This document shows positions 62,190-64,000 of a DNA stretch of 64,000 nt, in pieces; position 1 is the stretch's first letter, and each line of letters starts with the position of its first letter. The notes under the pieces were generated by a model that did not search any database, was not told where the DNA came from, and saw only the letters and a list, made by a program, of their open reading frames with translations. The stretch lies in assembly GCA_001785865.1 (NCBI GenBank), contig MFUZ01000009.1, positions 15,309 to 79,308 of the forward strand. Direction: 5' to 3'. The translations under genes were made by a program, and so were the position numbers. The stretch comes from Candidatus Nomurabacteria bacterium RIFCSPLOWO2_01_FULL_41_18. GTDB taxonomy: Bacteria > Patescibacteriota > Minisyncoccia > Phycocordibacterales > UBA9973.

Positions 62190-62876
62190 ATGATAAAAAA
62201 AACAAACAAAATAAAAATAGCTCTGATAGGTTACGGCAAGATGGGGCAGGAGATCGATGCTCTTTGTCGCGACTCAGAAAATTTCGAAGTGGTCTCTATT
62301 AGTTATAGAAAAATTACCGATGCGATAGATATCAAGGGGATCAGTGAAGCTGATGTGGCGATAGACTTTACATCCAAAGATGTAGTTTTAAAAAACATCG
62401 AAGAAGTCGCAAAGCTTGGCAAGAATATTGTTATCGGGACAACTGGTTGGTATGGCGACACAGAGAAAGTAAAAAAAATAGTAGATAAATACAAAATTGG
62501 TTTGTTGTATAGCCCAAATTTTTCTGTTGGTGTAAACATTTATTTCAAAATAATTGATTTTACCGCGAAACTTTTTGCAAAATTGCCAGAATATGATGTT
62601 TACGGATTAGAAATTCACCATAAGGCGAAATTAGACAGTCCTTCTGGAACTGCTTTAAAAATTGCCAGTCTTATCAAAGGGCTTAATTTCAATTCTATAA
62701 GAGCTGGGAGTAATCCAGGCTTTCATGAAGTTGTGTTTGATAGTCCTGCTGACGGTATAACCCTTTCTCACCAAGCCTACAACAGAACAGGATTCGCCAA
62801 AGGTGCGCTTGTCGCAGCAGAATTTATTAAAAACAAGAAAGGCGTTCATTCTTTTGAAGACCTATTCAGCTCATAA
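62190..62876 (+). CDS. dapB: 4-hydroxy-tetrahydrodipicolinate reductase
   Basis: N-terminal Rossmann IKIALIGYGKMG; signature EIHHKAKLDSPSGTA. Confidence 0.88.
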   Translation: MIKKTNKIKIALIGYGKMGQEIDALCRDSENFEVVSISYRKITDAIDIKGISEADVAIDFTSKDVVLKNIEEVAKLGKNIVIGTTGWYGDTEKVKKIVDKYKIGLLYSPNFSVGVNIYFKIIDFTAKLFAKLPEYDVYGLEIHHKAKLDSPSGTALKIASLIKGLNFNSIRAGSNPGFHEVVFDSPADGITLSHQAYNRTGFAKGALVAAEFIKNKKGVHSFEDLFSS

Positions 62877-62888
62877 GACGATAAATAT

Positions 62889-63800
62889 ATGCGAAAAATA
62901 AATTTTTTTGGTTCCATCCCCGCCATAGTCACTCCATTCAAAAAGAATGGGGATCTCGACCTCGAAGCGCTCGACAGAATTGTGGAATATCAGCTCGCGG
63001 GAGGAGTGGATGGGATAGTGGTGGCTGGTTCGACTGGAGAAGCGGCGACATTGAATGAGGAAGAATACGCAGAGATTGTAAGAAGGGTAGTGAAAAAAGT
63101 TTCAGGGAAGGTCCCAGTGGTCGCCGGAGCGGGTTCGAATGACACTAAAAAAGCAATTCATTTTTCTAAGCTGGCGAAAGATGCCGGAGCAGACGCCCTC
63201 CTTCATGTCACCCCTTATTACAATAAGCCAACTCCAACCGGCCTCGTTCTCCACTACCAAGCAATTTCCAAAGCGGTGGATTTACCCATCATAATTTACA
63301 ACGTGCCTGGTAGAACAGGGTCCAATGTCTCGCCTCAAGTCATCGTGCGGATAGCCCGCGAAGTTCCGGCAGTCGTGGCAGTCAAAGAAGCTTCTGGTTC
63401 TCTTCCGCAGATGATGGAGATCATAAGTGAAGTGTCCCAAAACGGCTCAAAGGAACTTGAGAATTTCTCCGTATTGTCCGGAGATGATTCTCTCACTCTA
63501 CCCCTCATGGCTGTCGGCGGGCGAGGCTGTATCTCGGTAGTTGCGAACGAAGCCCCAAAGTTATTTTCCGACATGGTTCATCTGGCCCTAAGCGGAGATT
63601 GGAAGGGGGCGGCCAAGCTACACTACCTACTTCTTCCCCTCATGAATATTAATTTCATCGAATCGAACCCTATTCCCGTCAAGGCAGCAATGTCCATGAT
63701 GGGGCTCGTCGAAAATAGCTTGAGGTTACCGCTTACTAGCCTTGAAGAAAAAAACAGAGCCCAGGTTGAAAAAGCTTTGCAAGGAGCGGGACTTCTCTAA
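62889..63800 (+). CDS. dapA: 4-hydroxy-tetrahydrodipicolinate synthase
   Basis: IPAIVTPF....LD.EAL.RIVEYQLAGGVDGIVVAGSTGE; active-site Lys region AVKEASG. Confidence 0.9.
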   Translation: MRKINFFGSIPAIVTPFKKNGDLDLEALDRIVEYQLAGGVDGIVVAGSTGEAATLNEEEYAEIVRRVVKKVSGKVPVVAGAGSNDTKKAIHFSKLAKDAGADALLHVTPYYNKPTPTGLVLHYQAISKAVDLPIIIYNVPGRTGSNVSPQVIVRIAREVPAVVAVKEASGSLPQMMEIISEVSQNGSKELENFSVLSGDDSLTLPLMAVGGRGCISVVANEAPKLFSDMVHLALSGDWKGAAKLHYLLLPLMNINFIESNPIPVKAAMSMMGLVENSLRLPLTSLEEKNRAQVEKALQGAGLL

Positions 63801-63814
63801 ATTTAAGAAAAAAA

Positions 63815-64000
63815 TGGCCACTATCAACAAAAATTACAACAAATTGCAAGGGTCATATTTGTTTTTGGAAATAGCCAAACGAACGAAAGATTTTTTGGAA
63901 AAAAATAAAGGAGTAGAGCTCATGCGGCTCGGCATCGGCGATACGACCGAGCCTCTATCAAAGGCGGTGATCAGTGGATTGTCGGCGGGGGTAAAGAAGC
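63815..64000 (+). CDS. dapL: LL-diaminopimelate aminotransferase-like protein (DapL), N-terminal fragment truncated by the window end
   Basis: N-terminus KLQGSYLFLEIAKRTKDFLE, class I aminotransferase/DapL-like; downstream of dapB-dapA. Confidence 0.55.

Overview
This 64-kb window is AT-rich and comes from a small-genome bacterium; the gene content resembles Patescibacteria/CPR or a reduced Firmicute. It contains the chromosomal replication origin region: rpmH-rnpA-yidD-yidC-jag on the minus strand meets dnaA-dnaN on the plus strand, with consensus DnaA boxes in both flanking intergenic spacers. Housekeeping genes include metK (behind a SAM-I riboswitch), pnp, rpsO, xerD-like, xth, cca, pcrA, rsmA, a class-A PBP, pheA-like, tyrS, ruvB, ruvC and dapB-dapA-dapL. 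There are four tRNA genes (Arg-TCG, Gly-GCC, Pro-TGG, Gly-TCC). The most interesting regulatory features are two ribosome-mediated leader-peptide attenuators: a Phe/Tyr-rich mini-ORF (MRVLIFFYFCG) with a terminator just upstream of the prephenate dehydratase gene, and a 22-codon ORF with three consecutive Tyr codons embedded in alternative anti-antiterminator/antiterminator/terminator hairpins upstream of tyrS. The largest accessory block (about 35.0-47.7 kb) is a type-IV-secretion-like cluster: a VirB4-family ATPase, a VirB6/TrbL-like polytopic protein, a PrgI/VirB3-like small membrane protein, a VirB2-like two-helix protein, peptidoglycan-binding proteins and a surface protein with Big-like repeats. 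No relaxase or coupling protein is present. Other notable items are a SET-domain protein beside an orphan 8-TM histidine kinase, a TrmB-regulated acylphosphatase-like gene plus a large multi-zinc-ribbon Cys-rich protein, a VKOR-DoxX-Cys-protein redox trio, a candidate structured 5' leader on a LysM/M23 hydrolase gene, and a 14-bp long-range helix upstream of the dap operon. No CRISPR array, transposase or rRNA gene is present.
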